64,000 nucleotides of DNA. Origin: Paramoeba atlantica. Its lineage: Eukaryota; Protista; Discosea. Numbering within the stretch: the stretch's first letter is position 1; every line of letters begins with the position of its first letter. The stretch spans positions 370,196 to 434,195 of the forward strand of contig CDRNVI010000065.1 of NCBI GenBank assembly GCA_977017575.1, read 5' to 3'. Position numbers and translations under genes: made by a program. This document shows positions 33,400-43,697 of the stretch, piece by piece. The notes under the pieces are model-generated. The model made no database searches and was not told where the DNA came from. It saw only the letters and a program-made list of their open reading frames with translations.

Positions 33400-33789
33400 C
33401 GTGAACGTTCACTCAAACAAAAACGTGTAGCGCGAATATACAATTTGGTAAGTAAAACTCATAGCCTGCATATCATCGAGAGAACAGAAATTGTAGATTT
33501 CATGCTATCAAATAATTTTCTACAGTTTCTATACAGCGAATTATAAGGTGAAACATCATGCAGCTCTATTCTCATACAATATTTACAGTCATCCTACCTT
33601 ACAATGGAGCTTCTGCAAGTTCGCCTTTTTAAAAGTTTCTATGGGTAACACTGGGTAACACAGGTTGCACTGGGTAAATTATTTTCAAAAAATCTTCCTT
33701 TAATCTATATTTTTGAAATTAGTACTCTTTGAGATTACGTTTCTGAATACAAAAGAATAAAAAATAATTTTCCGACCAAGCTCCGTATC

Positions 33790-34214
33790 ATGATTTCCTC
33801 CTCTGTAGCTATGTCTGAGCAAGATTCTCTTCCGCAGCTGTATTGTACGGAATGCGAAAAGAAAATGTTTTTTTCGGTGTGGGCGCCTAGGCGCTGTCTC
33901 GTGTGTCAAGCACCAGAAGACACAGCATCTACCATTGTGGACGTAGAGACATGCCTGCGCTGTAACTACAAAAACGTGCCCGCCACCGCCAATGTCCCGT
34001 ATGTACCGCTCCTAAAAACATTGAGGAGATATCTCGTGCATTCAAGGAAAAGCTGAGTGCCGTGGGTATCAATGTGGAAAGCGCACAACAGGTTTGCTGC
34101 ACATACAGCAAATACAGGTTGTGCATGAAACAGCTGACTTCCGATGATGTAGCCCAAATTCTTTGGCAAGTAGCTACGTGCAAAAAAATGGGGCTGCAAG
34201 ATCACACTGGGTAA
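33790..34214 (+). pseudogene. RanBP2-type zinc-finger ORF with a 1-nt frameshift
   Basis: CLRCNYKNVPAT in one frame continues as RQCPVC in the -1 frame at ~33986, giving C-x2-C-x3-N-x6-C-x2-C. The second frame stays open to TAA at 34212-14. Another CxxC...CxxC pair lies upstream. Confidence 0.55.
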
Positions 34215-34325
34215 ATGCAGAATCTCCAATGTCGGTGTGCTAGCTGCTTCGTAAAAAAGCGGTGGTTGTTGGTAAACGGGCTCCGCAAATTTCTTCCCAC
34301 TAACGACGCCGCGTATGGCTGAAAA

Positions 34326-34398
34326 TATCACTGCCGGGAATCGAACCTGCGACCACCGGATTATGAATGGCAGGTCTTACCAACTGGACTACCTGGGT
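34326..34398 (-). other. tRNA-like element (intact Pol III A and B boxes, unpaired stems, CAT pseudo-anticodon)
   Basis: Minus strand has A box TAGTCCAGTTGG and B box GGTTCGATTCC at tRNA spacing, with loop TTCATAA. The acceptor, anticodon and T stems do not pair. A second T-arm/B box (CTGGG-TTCAAGT-CCCGG) lies on the plus strand at 34393-34409. Confidence 0.6.
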
Positions 34399-34682
34399 TC
34401 AAGTCCCGGGACCTACGTTTTTAGGCACCATGATTTGTGCCCAAATCGAGGATAGGAGGGGGGGCTGGACCCCCTTTTCTCACCCTGCTGGATCCACCCT
34501 ACTCCGGACACCATAAAGAAGAGAGAGGCAGAGGTTGTAAATAACCCCCGCAATAAAATACCATAAAAAAGATGCTCAAGCTGAGAATTTTGTAACAAGA
34601 TATTCTTGAAGAAAGATTATTGTCTTCATAATGGTGTTCCAGTTTTTTTCTCAGATCACTATTGGGTGTCTTCTTCTTTAGA

Positions 34683-35639
34683 TTAGAGAAGTGCGACATC
34701 CGCTACCATGTGGTACAATAGCGGTGAAAAGGATTTAATTTTTCTGATTTGCATGATGGAATGTGCCCCCGAAGTGTGAGGAGAAAACTCATCGTCCAAA
34801 GTGTCCTGCGGGGATCTGTTTGCATGGCTTAAAAAGTGATAGTGAATAACGCAACGTGGGGTTGAAGAACCACTCGATTCGTTGGCAAATTCCAGTGCAC
34901 GAGATAAAAATCTTCTCGTGTCGGGTAGAAATCCCATTAGGATTCGATGAAATGTATGACGATATTCGTCGCCAACGCGACGGTTGTCGCCCAAAAGCAG
35001 AATATGTGCGCATGCGCGCTTTCGATATTTCTCAAAGTTCTGTTTTAGATATTGAAAACTATCGGGATTCTTTTCTATCGCAACCAGAAGCTCGGGCTTT
35101 TCTGGCTTTGACCGTGTACCCAACCTCGATCTTCCCGCAGCCCAGGGAAGAGAAAAGTAGCCAATGCCGGCAAACATGTCCAGCACGCGCTCAGCGGCAG
35201 CTCTCACGTCTCTGCCAAAGCGAGTACGTTCCTTAATATTTCCACTTGAGAACATAATCTTGGAAGCATCAAACGCGTAGCAAATGCCATCTTCCACATG
35301 ATGAGTCACAGCTGGAGATTTTGAAATAACTTCCGGTGAAATCCATAAGATTCGACTGTTCAATGGCACTCGTAGATCGCCTGCGGAGGGTGCAGCTTGG
35401 AGGATACAATCCACGTGTAGTTCGTGGGCAAGAGCCGATCCCAGCGTGCATGGGAAAGCGTCCTGACACTTCCAAGGCACAATTAGCACGTGACCGTAGC
35501 GCTCATATTTACCAGGCACGAGATCTCGTACCTGTGGGGTGGCGGCAAGTCTTTCACGAATTCTCTGGATAGGATTTCGTAGGGAAACAGCTCGTTTGTG
35601 TTGGGTGGAATTTGAATTATGTTCCAGTGTGACATTCAT
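34683..35639 (-). CDS. TYW2: tRNA wybutosine-synthesis protein 2 (Trm12/TYW2, Met-10+ family)
   Basis: Motifs KYERYGHVLI, YAFDASKIMFSSGNIKER, VLDMFAGIGYFSLP, AIEKNP and HRILMGFLP. Confidence 0.88.
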   Translation of the reverse strand: MNVTLEHNSNSTQHKRAVSLRNPIQRIRERLAATPQVRDLVPGKYERYGHVLIVPWKCQDAFPCTLGSALAHELHVDCILQAAPSAGDLRVPLNSRILWISPEVISKSPAVTHHVEDGICYAFDASKIMFSSGNIKERTRFGRDVRAAAERVLDMFAGIGYFSLPWAAGRSRLGTRSKPEKPELLVAIEKNPDSFQYLKQNFEKYRKRACAHILLLGDNRRVGDEYRHTFHRILMGFLPDTRRFLSRALEFANESSGSSTPRCVIHYHFLSHANRSPQDTLDDEFSPHTSGAHSIMQIRKIKSFSPLLYHMVADVALL

Positions 35640-36183
35640 GGTATCGTTTAAATTATTGTACTACGTTATAGAACTACAGTGTTGTAGAGTGTTTGCGTCA
35701 TTAAGATTTTCCTTCAGAGAGAATTACATTTTTCTTTTCTGCTTTCGCTCATTTACAGTGAAAAGAAATCAATAAGAAAGAAAACGAACCTTTTGCTAAA
35801 AAATACGTCACTTTCTTTTGGTGCGTTTCCTATCGGCAATTCAAGGAGTGTGTGTCACCCGCGCTGCGACGGTAGGTCCACTGTATGTTTGGTCATGAAA
35901 CAGCGTACATTAGTCAATGGCGAGAGTCAATGGCCAGAGTGCAAGTGGCCTTTCGACGACCTCAAAAAATACCCACGCCATTTACCACTGACCGCCACCG
36001 TTCGCCACTGTCTGGCGCCTTTTGTCAGCAACCTCCTGATACTGTCTGCATCCCCTTCAATGTTTCCTTATTAGTGGGCTTTTTGTTGAGGAAACAGCAA
36101 AACCCTTTTAAAGTAAAATAACATACCAGTCAACATGCGTATGCGCGTTCTCTATGGAGACACCTTCCGGTCCCTATATTAGT

Positions 36184-36819
36184 TTAATCAGAATCTTTAT
36201 CTGAATCCATTAGAAAATCTGCTTCACCTCCTCCCACCTCAAGCGACATCATGCGGTACTCAAAGCTTTTTGTATGTGAATGCTTTTCACCGATAAGGTC
36301 GCGGGATATACACGCATTTAGGCTTTCGGGATTAGGATGCCTATCCGATTGTTCTCTAAACGATGTTCCTGCCTCCGAGAAAGTATGGATTTGAGTCATT
36401 TCTTCAAGTACCATTTCTTCCTTTTCAACCGTAAGAAGGCTTTGTATCATATCGTCACTAAGGAAATTTTCGAAAGATGGGGAAGCGGAATTCGAAAAAG
36501 TTGTCGAGGCTTTGCTGGGGAGCAGTTCCACACCGTCCTCAAAATTCCACTTAGAATGCTGCACGGAAGTTATTTCAGTACTCATTAAGGAATCCTGCAG
36601 ATCTTTTTCTACAGTAAGCGTGTGAAGCTCCAATGGGGGGATCGAAGGAGGTTTCAATGCCCCCTGATTTCGACAATGAATGGAGAATGAACGTCTCGTT
36701 ACTTGAGGGGAAATTTCAGGCTTTTTTATTCTTGCAACTGGTTTATTGAAGCCTGAACCATCCGCTTCTGACGATTCGGACATTGGAACAGATTGAACAA
36801 ACGCTTCAAAAAAGGCCAT
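36184..36819 (-). CDS. Hypothetical Ser/Glu-rich protein
   Basis: 211-aa ORF on the cluster strand, low complexity, no domain recognised. Confidence 0.6.
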   Translation of the reverse strand: MAFFEAFVQSVPMSESSEADGSGFNKPVARIKKPEISPQVTRRSFSIHCRNQGALKPPSIPPLELHTLTVEKDLQDSLMSTEITSVQHSKWNFEDGVELLPSKASTTFSNSASPSFENFLSDDMIQSLLTVEKEEMVLEEMTQIHTFSEAGTSFREQSDRHPNPESLNACISRDLIGEKHSHTKSFEYRMMSLEVGGGEADFLMDSDKDSD

Positions 36820-37266
36820 GGAGATGGGCTGTTATATAAAACTAATCATCTTTAAACCTAGCTCTTCCTATTCTTACGAATCTTAATGACATTTTACTTT
36901 TTAAAATTTTCTTGCCGTCCGAAGTAACGGGGGTATCAAAAATTAGCTCAAAACTCAGAATTCCTATTTTTTGTGAGATACACTGCAAACATTCAACCAA
37001 TCGCAAAGTTGTATATTACATGGCTTGATGTCCGACATGTTGTAATTTTTTATACCCACAGGCCCTTTCTTATTCGAGCTTCAATGACAAGTACGTTCTA
37101 CAAAATTTGTACCTCATCAACCCGTCATTGTGGTTCCGTCTCCCCAAAAGGTCACTTCATCGCTGGTTCAGGTAGATACAACGGTTAAAAAAGGTTACAG
37201 CATTTGAAGAAGAGACTTGGAAGTTATCACAGAGTCAATACAAACAGTTGGACTCACATTGCAATG

Positions 37267-38163
37267 TTAATAATAACTCGACTTCCATGCAGGATTCCAA
37301 AATAAAGAAACACACTTGGGAAGGCGATGCGGGACACAAGACTCAATACAGTTATTTTCAAGCGACAACACACTCATTCCGCGAGGCAGATGGGAGAAAT
37401 CTACATGTCCACTGAGACGATTACGTCGAAGTTGTAGGCACGATATCGTCGGTGGAAGTTTGTCAAATCGTGGTGTTCCTGTAAACGAATTGTTTTGTAC
37501 TTTAAATAAGAACAACGAAGCTGGAAGTTCTTCTAATGCCAACTCTCCGACGAACATGTTATTGGATATATCAACACTACGTAAATTAGGAGGAAGGGAG
37601 GCACAGGTAAGCGTCCCATTGAGATCATTTCCATTGATATCAATCTTGCGCAAACCCTGTGGAAGTGTACTCCAGTCTATCATTCCCGAGAAATGATTGT
37701 TGTTGAGCAAAAGTCGTTCTAATGCATTAGGGAGATCTTCTGTAACAATTGGACCAGAAAACTGATTTTTTCCCAAGTCGAGACAAGTAAGTCCTCGAGG
37801 TAGGGCATCAAAAGAAACTTCACCACTGCATCTGCTGTTCAATCCCCAATTTGAGCCTAAAAGAAACCAACTGAGTGTCCCGGGAAGGTTTTCCCAACTA
37901 GGGATACCACCCAAAATAGAGCCTCGCCAGTCAATCTTACGTGCCATTTGAAATGCATCACACTGAACTCCATACCAGTTACACCCGGGTACGCTTGTGT
38001 TCCATGACGAGTGCTTACCACAAAATATGCCGGAGAGAAAGGCGTCAAGCTGTAGTTCTATGGGAAGCAAAGATTTGTGTGCCTTCTGAGCTCGACGGGG
38101 TCGTGGTTGATCATCCGCGGCGTCAATGCGAAGGATGTCGTTGAGAAACATACCCATACACAT
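37267..38163 (-). CDS. Leucine-rich repeat protein (plant-like Cys cap, 22-aa repeats)
   Basis: WNTSVPGCNWYGVQCD cap followed by repeats of N-x-F-x-G-x5-LP-x2-L-x2-L-x-L. No signal peptide or transmembrane segment visible. Confidence 0.9.
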   Translation of the reverse strand: MCMGMFLNDILRIDAADDQPRPRRAQKAHKSLLPIELQLDAFLSGIFCGKHSSWNTSVPGCNWYGVQCDAFQMARKIDWRGSILGGIPSWENLPGTLSWFLLGSNWGLNSRCSGEVSFDALPRGLTCLDLGKNQFSGPIVTEDLPNALERLLLNNNHFSGMIDWSTLPQGLRKIDINGNDLNGTLTCASLPPNLRSVDISNNMFVGELALEELPASLFLFKVQNNSFTGTPRFDKLPPTISCLQLRRNRLSGHVDFSHLPRGMSVLSLENNCIESCVPHRLPKCVSLFWNPAWKSSYY

Positions 38164-38447
38164 GTAGATGACGTTTTAGTAACTTGCCAAATCGCTAGAA
38201 CAAAATCGCTAGTACAACATAAGCGACGATAAGTCGGTACAATAAATCGCTAGAACTAAATCGCTAGTATTATAAGCGAGATCACGTGAGATCATGTGAT
38301 ATCACACCTGCAGTTCCTCCAGTGCAACAAAAAGTCTTTAAAAAAAGTAAAACATATAGCCCCGGGCCAGAGGACTACCTCGCGACATATCCCGAAAACG
38401 GGAATGTTAGGTAGGGCAAGTCAGAGGGGTCCTGGTATGTAAGAATC

Positions 38448-41400
38448 TCAAGTACGAACATCTGACCAAGTTAACCCCAAAGCAGCATGAACTGGGAGAG
38501 GCACAGAGAGCTCAGTAGTACTTTGCATAACACTTTGTATACGATCTCTCCAATAGGCAGCTCGTTCAATCGGTACTTCTAATAAAAGTTCATCATGTAT
38601 CTGCAGAACGATCCATGGAATGTCACACACAATTGATGACGAGAGGGATCCGTTCACGTCTACTAGAACGGCTTCTTTTAATAAAAGGAAAACCTTTTGC
38701 ATCGCTAGCTTCATAATATCTGCCGCAGAGCCCTGACATACAGTATTGATAGCTGTTCTTTCTGCAGCTCTCTTCCTAGTTTCGTTACGTGAATTGATGT
38801 CAGCTAAGTACCTCCTCCTCCGGGAAAATGTCTCCACATAACCCGACTTGCGACATTGATTCAATATTTGCGTTTTGCATGATTCAATCGCAGGGTAGGA
38901 ATAGGTAAATTTATCAATCAAAGAATGTGCTTCCTCTACTGTGATTTCCAGTTCTTTGGCAAGTGACTTTTTTCCTCTACCATAAATTATGCCATAGCAC
39001 ACCGTCTTTACTTTGCGACGTTCTTCAAAGGTCACAGCATCCGGTGATGTGCAATGCATAATTTCGCATGCGAGCACTGAAAATATGTCTTCTTTTGCTA
39101 GAAGTTGATTTTTTAACTGAATATCGTCGCTGTAATGAGCGAGTACGCGAAGCTCCACGTGTGAGTAATCTACAGAAAGAAAAATAGAACCTTTAGATGC
39201 TAAAAAAGAGCGTCTCAAGTCGACCGTGACTTCTTTTTCATCGAAATTGAACAACTTCGCGTGAGGAATCGTTTGCAAATTAGGCTCCGACATGCTCAAC
39301 CGTCCGGTAACAGTTCCACTTTGAAGAAATTCTCCATGTAGTCTCCCATCAGCACTACATTTTCGAGGTAAAGGAATAATGTAATTCTGTAGCCAACCGG
39401 TAAGGACATTGTACTCCTTCAAGACGTGTAGCAATTTATCACCAGAGTACGAAGATTTCAGTTTCCTACGCCCACTTTGGTGCCGCTTTTCAACGGAAGT
39501 TACATGAATACTATTGCGGGATCGACATCTTACCGTGTTGTGCGACTGTTCTGATGGGCCGGGAACTGCGAGAAGACGTTCTACTCGTTTTTTCATTTGC
39601 CACGCAATCCAGTTGTAGTTGTCAGCACTGAACGCGATCCCTCTCCATTCCATTGCAGCCAATATTTCTACGAGCGGCATTTCAAAAGACTGAAACGCGT
39701 CGGTCAAATTTCGCAATTTCATAAGTCGCTGCATTCTTTTTCCAATGATGAGTGAAAGAAACGCAGTGCGACTGCCTCGCGAATGCGAAAAAGACATATC
39801 TCCGTGCTTAGCGTTGGACTGATTTCCAACACAATCGTACGGTTTATACGCAATGCGTGACAATGGCGTAGGAAAATAAGTCAGAATATTTTCCAGGGAA
39901 GGTTCTTCTGTCGTGTTCGACGGATGTATAAGTCCGCAGGCAACATGGATGTCGAATACATTACTAAACTCAGGGACCGTGTATGGGTTCAACTGAAAGA
40001 ACGAGTATAGCGATTTCAGCTGTTCCTTCCAGTGGAAGCAGAACTTTGCGCAAGTAGAATTTTGAAGCCAGCTTAACAAGTATTGCGCCACGATTTCTCG
40101 GTCGTTTGTGTCAACCAGGGCAACGAATGCATCGCCATCGGTTTTGGTTACCGAAAAAGAAAGCATATTCTCATAGTGGCAGTCATTTCGATGCAGGTTT
40201 AGGTGAATGCCAACTGCGTTTGCGGAATCTACTCTCTCCAATATTTCTGACAAAGCAGTGTAGCTAAACTTGAGCACATTGTTGATATGGTTTGATATGG
40301 AAATGTCTGATTCGCTTTCTAACCGGGGGTGCACACCTCCTGTGAACGCCTCATCATCGCTTCCAAAACTCAAGATTGCATCAGAATTGGACCCTTCTTT
40401 GTCTCCTGAGAAGGTACTACTGCTTTCGGAGTAGTCGTTTTCTTCTCTTTCTCTCGACAGAGATCTATTCCTGGTCCGCTTGGACGCACGCATAATGCTT
40501 TCTGAAGCTGCAACATCCCGCGATCGTAATGGACTAGAAACCCCTTCTGAAGCATTCTTTAAATCCAGTGCTTCCTGGTGCAGAATTCGACGTGCATCCT
40601 GAATTAACGTTGCGGCCTGGCGAGCTTCAGTTTTTCGCGCCGATTCAGTTGCATCGAAAGGAAGTACAGAGCGAAATATATTTTCTACGTCTTCCACTTC
40701 CGCAGTGGCGATCTCTTCCAGAGAACGATACCCTTTTTTGTATAATAAACGGGCCCTCCATGGTCTTAAAGATGGAATCTGGATCACGTTCAGCAGCTCG
40801 TTTTGAACCCCGAGTTTAAGTCTCTGCGTGACTTTATCGAACGCTGATGCAAAAAGCCACCAATTCAATTTCTCACAAAAAGTGCTTAGCATGGAGCAGT
40901 ACGTGCTTGCCGTTTCCATAAGTTTCTGTATCTCACCCCTTGATATTCCGTATTTTGAGGACAAAGCGGCTAATTCCATTTCGGAAACGACGTCCTGGAG
41001 AATGAGTGCCACGTAAAACCGGCGTAATGTGTGTATTTTCTGCTTTACGCCCTCTTCTAACGTTTTGTTTCCCGTTTCTTTCGGTAGGCCCACTCTCTCA
41101 ATGCGCAATAAAAGGGATTCGTCGACGCCCAGGGCAATGGCTGTTTTGCAATGGCTATGCGAGATGTGCTGATAAACATCAGTGTAGTACCGACCCCAGG
41201 GTGGATCCATTAGCTGCCCGCTGGGAACCACAAAATACAGGAGGTGAAGCTCGTCCGAGATAACGAAGTTTTCTCTAGCCCTTTCCAGCTCCTTAAAGGT
41301 GGTTATGGCCTGTTCAGGAGGTATCGAAGCTGCGACACATGCCGCTCCTAACAAGGAAGACTCAAACAGCTTCGGCGTGCGAAGCCACTGGATCACTTTC

Positions 41401-43472
41401 CACTGCTCTAGGAACCGTAGCGCGTGCTGTGCCTCTGCATGCACCTCCGCATATCCGCTCTGGTGACTGAAAAACGTTTTCGTAATAAACACCTGGATGT
41501 CATACACCGTGCGGACGAGACCTAGAGAGACGGCCTCCAGCAGCGCGCGCGTGAGCCCACAGCGCTCCGGGCGAAGTGCGGATTGGATTCGCGGAAGGGC
41601 GGCCTGTAGCAACCTTGCCACAATCCCTTTATCATTCTCCTTTCCCATTAAATAGGACTCCCCTACGGTATCCAGCCCAGCGCGTCCGGCACGACCACAG
41701 GCCTGGCGGTAGCAAATAATATCCAGCTGTTCCATCCCGACACGCAGAGAACGAAAAATCACACGTCGGGCCGGGAGATTCACCCCGGCAGCGAGAGTTG
41801 TGGTGCTGCAGAGTACTTTGACGAGCCCCGAGCGGTAGCCGTGTTCCAGAGCCTCCCGTTCCTCGAGGGTAAGTCCTGCGTGGTGATACCCTACCCCTTG
41901 GTGAAGAGCTTTCTCAAGCAATGGCTCAATACCCCCGGGAACATGTCGGAGTTTGGAAAATAATTCATTTGCGTGCAATTGCGTGGAAGAGGCACCAAAC
42001 TCTGTGCCGTGCGCGGAGATAAGGTCACTGAGATGAGTCGCTGTGGCCTCACAGAGTCGTTTTGTGGCACAAAAGACGAGAACTTGGTGTCCCTGCTTGA
42101 CGACCTCCGCGACAAGCGTTCCAAGACCATCGGTATCCTTGCGAGACAGCCCCAAAACGGATCGTACTGTGTTGAGCTCGGTGTCCAGGATGCTTTCTCC
42201 CACCTTGGCGTACTGTTTTAAAGGTACCGGTCGGAAATCGGTGGCAAAGTAATGTGTTTTTTCTCCAATCCAGTTCGCCAATTCCCACGCATTCGGCAGC
42301 GTTGCGCTCAAGACGAGAAGCTGAAGATCAATCTCTTTGGAGGCGTAAATAAGTTTGGTGAGGAGGAGTTCGAGAATATACCCCCGTGAGGTGTCTTCCA
42401 TCATATGCGCCTCATCAATGATCACCGTCGCAATTTGATCCAGTTTAGATTTGGAAATCAGATCGTTAACGTAGGCGTTTGCTTTCTCAATAGTGCACAC
42501 GACAATGTCACCAAAGGTTCGACGGATCGATCGTCTTCCAGCGTGACAACTGACCAAAAGGTCGGTTTGCTCGAGCAGAGAGGTGAAATACGAGGCCTTT
42601 TCTTCCACAACGGCGACGTAGGGAAGAACAAACAGCGCCTTCCTTCGCAGCTCGGTGACCCGTTTAATCATTACGATCTCTGCGACTAGGGTTTTACCTC
42701 CGCTCGTTGGGGCACTATAGACAAGATTTTCACCCTGCAATACTCCAGAACACTCCTCAAGGCAGGATTTCTGCCATGGATACAAACTCTTTATACCAAA
42801 TTTATTAAAATACGCACGAGCCACTGAAGTCGAAAGCCCATACCAGGTAAGGAAATTCAAATCAGGTTGACTCAGGATTGACTCCAAGGGTTTGATCTCT
42901 ATCTCAGATTTCAAATACGTTTTACGCCTTTGTACATTAGGACTTATTACGGGAGAATCTGATGACCGTATTTTCTCGTTGATTGTCTCGTCATTACCTA
43001 CAACGGATATCCTTTGTTCTACTTTCTCATCCGGTTGATCCGCCTCTGTTGCAGCTGGTGAAGGACTCGCTAATCCTCTCCTTAATAGATCAAAATTGAG
43101 AGAATCGGTAGAGATCAAATCGTCGCTTTCATAAAGAGGGTCGTCCAAGGTGTCGGCATCTACGAAAGGAGGCGAGCATTTACTTGCAAGGAAGTCTTCA
43201 CCGAAATCATGAGCTGGGGCATACAACTCTTCACTATCCTGGTTCCGGAATACTTGCTCATGCTGCTGGTTCTGTTGAGGAAACGAATCTACAGGCTCCG
43301 ATGTGGCGTTGAAGGCTCGGCAGAAGTGCTGTGTTCCTGGAATTTCACTATACGATACAAACGAGGCATTGCTTCTCTCTTCATCAAAAGCGTTGTTGTC
43401 GGACTCGGAGCTGGCGGAAAACAGATCATAGGCGTCTGCTTCAGGGGAGAGGTCTCGAACGCTACACATCAC
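38448..43472 (-). CDS. POLQ: DNA polymerase theta (Ski2-like helicase fused to family-A polymerase)
   Basis: Helicase motifs APTSGGKT, IDEAH, LSAT, TLAAGVNLPA and QACGRAGRAG. PolA motifs TGRLSMSEPNLQ, DYSHVELR, KTVCYGIIYG and QIHDELL. Confidence 0.95.
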   Translation of the reverse strand: MMCSVRDLSPEADAYDLFSASSESDNNAFDEERSNASFVSYSEIPGTQHFCRAFNATSEPVDSFPQQNQQHEQVFRNQDSEELYAPAHDFGEDFLASKCSPPFVDADTLDDPLYESDDLISTDSLNFDLLRRGLASPSPAATEADQPDEKVEQRISVVGNDETINEKIRSSDSPVISPNVQRRKTYLKSEIEIKPLESILSQPDLNFLTWYGLSTSVARAYFNKFGIKSLYPWQKSCLEECSGVLQGENLVYSAPTSGGKTLVAEIVMIKRVTELRRKALFVLPYVAVVEEKASYFTSLLEQTDLLVSCHAGRRSIRRTFGDIVVCTIEKANAYVNDLISKSKLDQIATVIIDEAHMMEDTSRGYILELLLTKLIYASKEIDLQLLVLSATLPNAWELANWIGEKTHYFATDFRPVPLKQYAKVGESILDTELNTVRSVLGLSRKDTDGLGTLVAEVVKQGHQVLVFCATKRLCEATATHLSDLISAHGTEFGASSTQLHANELFSKLRHVPGGIEPLLEKALHQGVGYHHAGLTLEEREALEHGYRSGLVKVLCSTTTLAAGVNLPARRVIFRSLRVGMEQLDIICYRQACGRAGRAGLDTVGESYLMGKENDKGIVARLLQAALPRIQSALRPERCGLTRALLEAVSLGLVRTVYDIQVFITKTFFSHQSGYAEVHAEAQHALRFLEQWKVIQWLRTPKLFESSLLGAACVAASIPPEQAITTFKELERARENFVISDELHLLYFVVPSGQLMDPPWGRYYTDVYQHISHSHCKTAIALGVDESLLLRIERVGLPKETGNKTLEEGVKQKIHTLRRFYVALILQDVVSEMELAALSSKYGISRGEIQKLMETASTYCSMLSTFCEKLNWWLFASAFDKVTQRLKLGVQNELLNVIQIPSLRPWRARLLYKKGYRSLEEIATAEVEDVENIFRSVLPFDATESARKTEARQAATLIQDARRILHQEALDLKNASEGVSSPLRSRDVAASESIMRASKRTRNRSLSREREENDYSESSSTFSGDKEGSNSDAILSFGSDDEAFTGGVHPRLESESDISISNHINNVLKFSYTALSEILERVDSANAVGIHLNLHRNDCHYENMLSFSVTKTDGDAFVALVDTNDREIVAQYLLSWLQNSTCAKFCFHWKEQLKSLYSFFQLNPYTVPEFSNVFDIHVACGLIHPSNTTEEPSLENILTYFPTPLSRIAYKPYDCVGNQSNAKHGDMSFSHSRGSRTAFLSLIIGKRMQRLMKLRNLTDAFQSFEMPLVEILAAMEWRGIAFSADNYNWIAWQMKKRVERLLAVPGPSEQSHNTVRCRSRNSIHVTSVEKRHQSGRRKLKSSYSGDKLLHVLKEYNVLTGWLQNYIIPLPRKCSADGRLHGEFLQSGTVTGRLSMSEPNLQTIPHAKLFNFDEKEVTVDLRRSFLASKGSIFLSVDYSHVELRVLAHYSDDIQLKNQLLAKEDIFSVLACEIMHCTSPDAVTFEERRKVKTVCYGIIYGRGKKSLAKELEITVEEAHSLIDKFTYSYPAIESCKTQILNQCRKSGYVETFSRRRRYLADINSRNETRKRAAERTAINTVCQGSAADIMKLAMQKVFLLLKEAVLVDVNGSLSSSIVCDIPWIVLQIHDELLLEVPIERAAYWRDRIQSVMQSTTELSVPLPVHAALGLTWSDVRT

Positions 43473-43697
43473 CTTACCCTAATCCCATCACCTCATTATC
43501 TCGGGAACAATGTTCTCGCGCCAGATGTCTGCCTTCCCAGTCTCCCAACTAAAGACCAAAGATTTCATACAAGAAAACCGTAACCGTGTGTAAAACTGGT
43601 GCGTTTAAGAAATAATAGCCACGGTAACCGATGACAGTTTCTAGTTTTATAATATTGTATACATTCATACACGAAAGAAGGAAGCTAAAATCCACTC

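Noticed and set aside
34326-34398. Functional tRNA-Met(CAT)
   Set aside because: Three of the four stems cannot pair. Kept only as a tRNA-like element.
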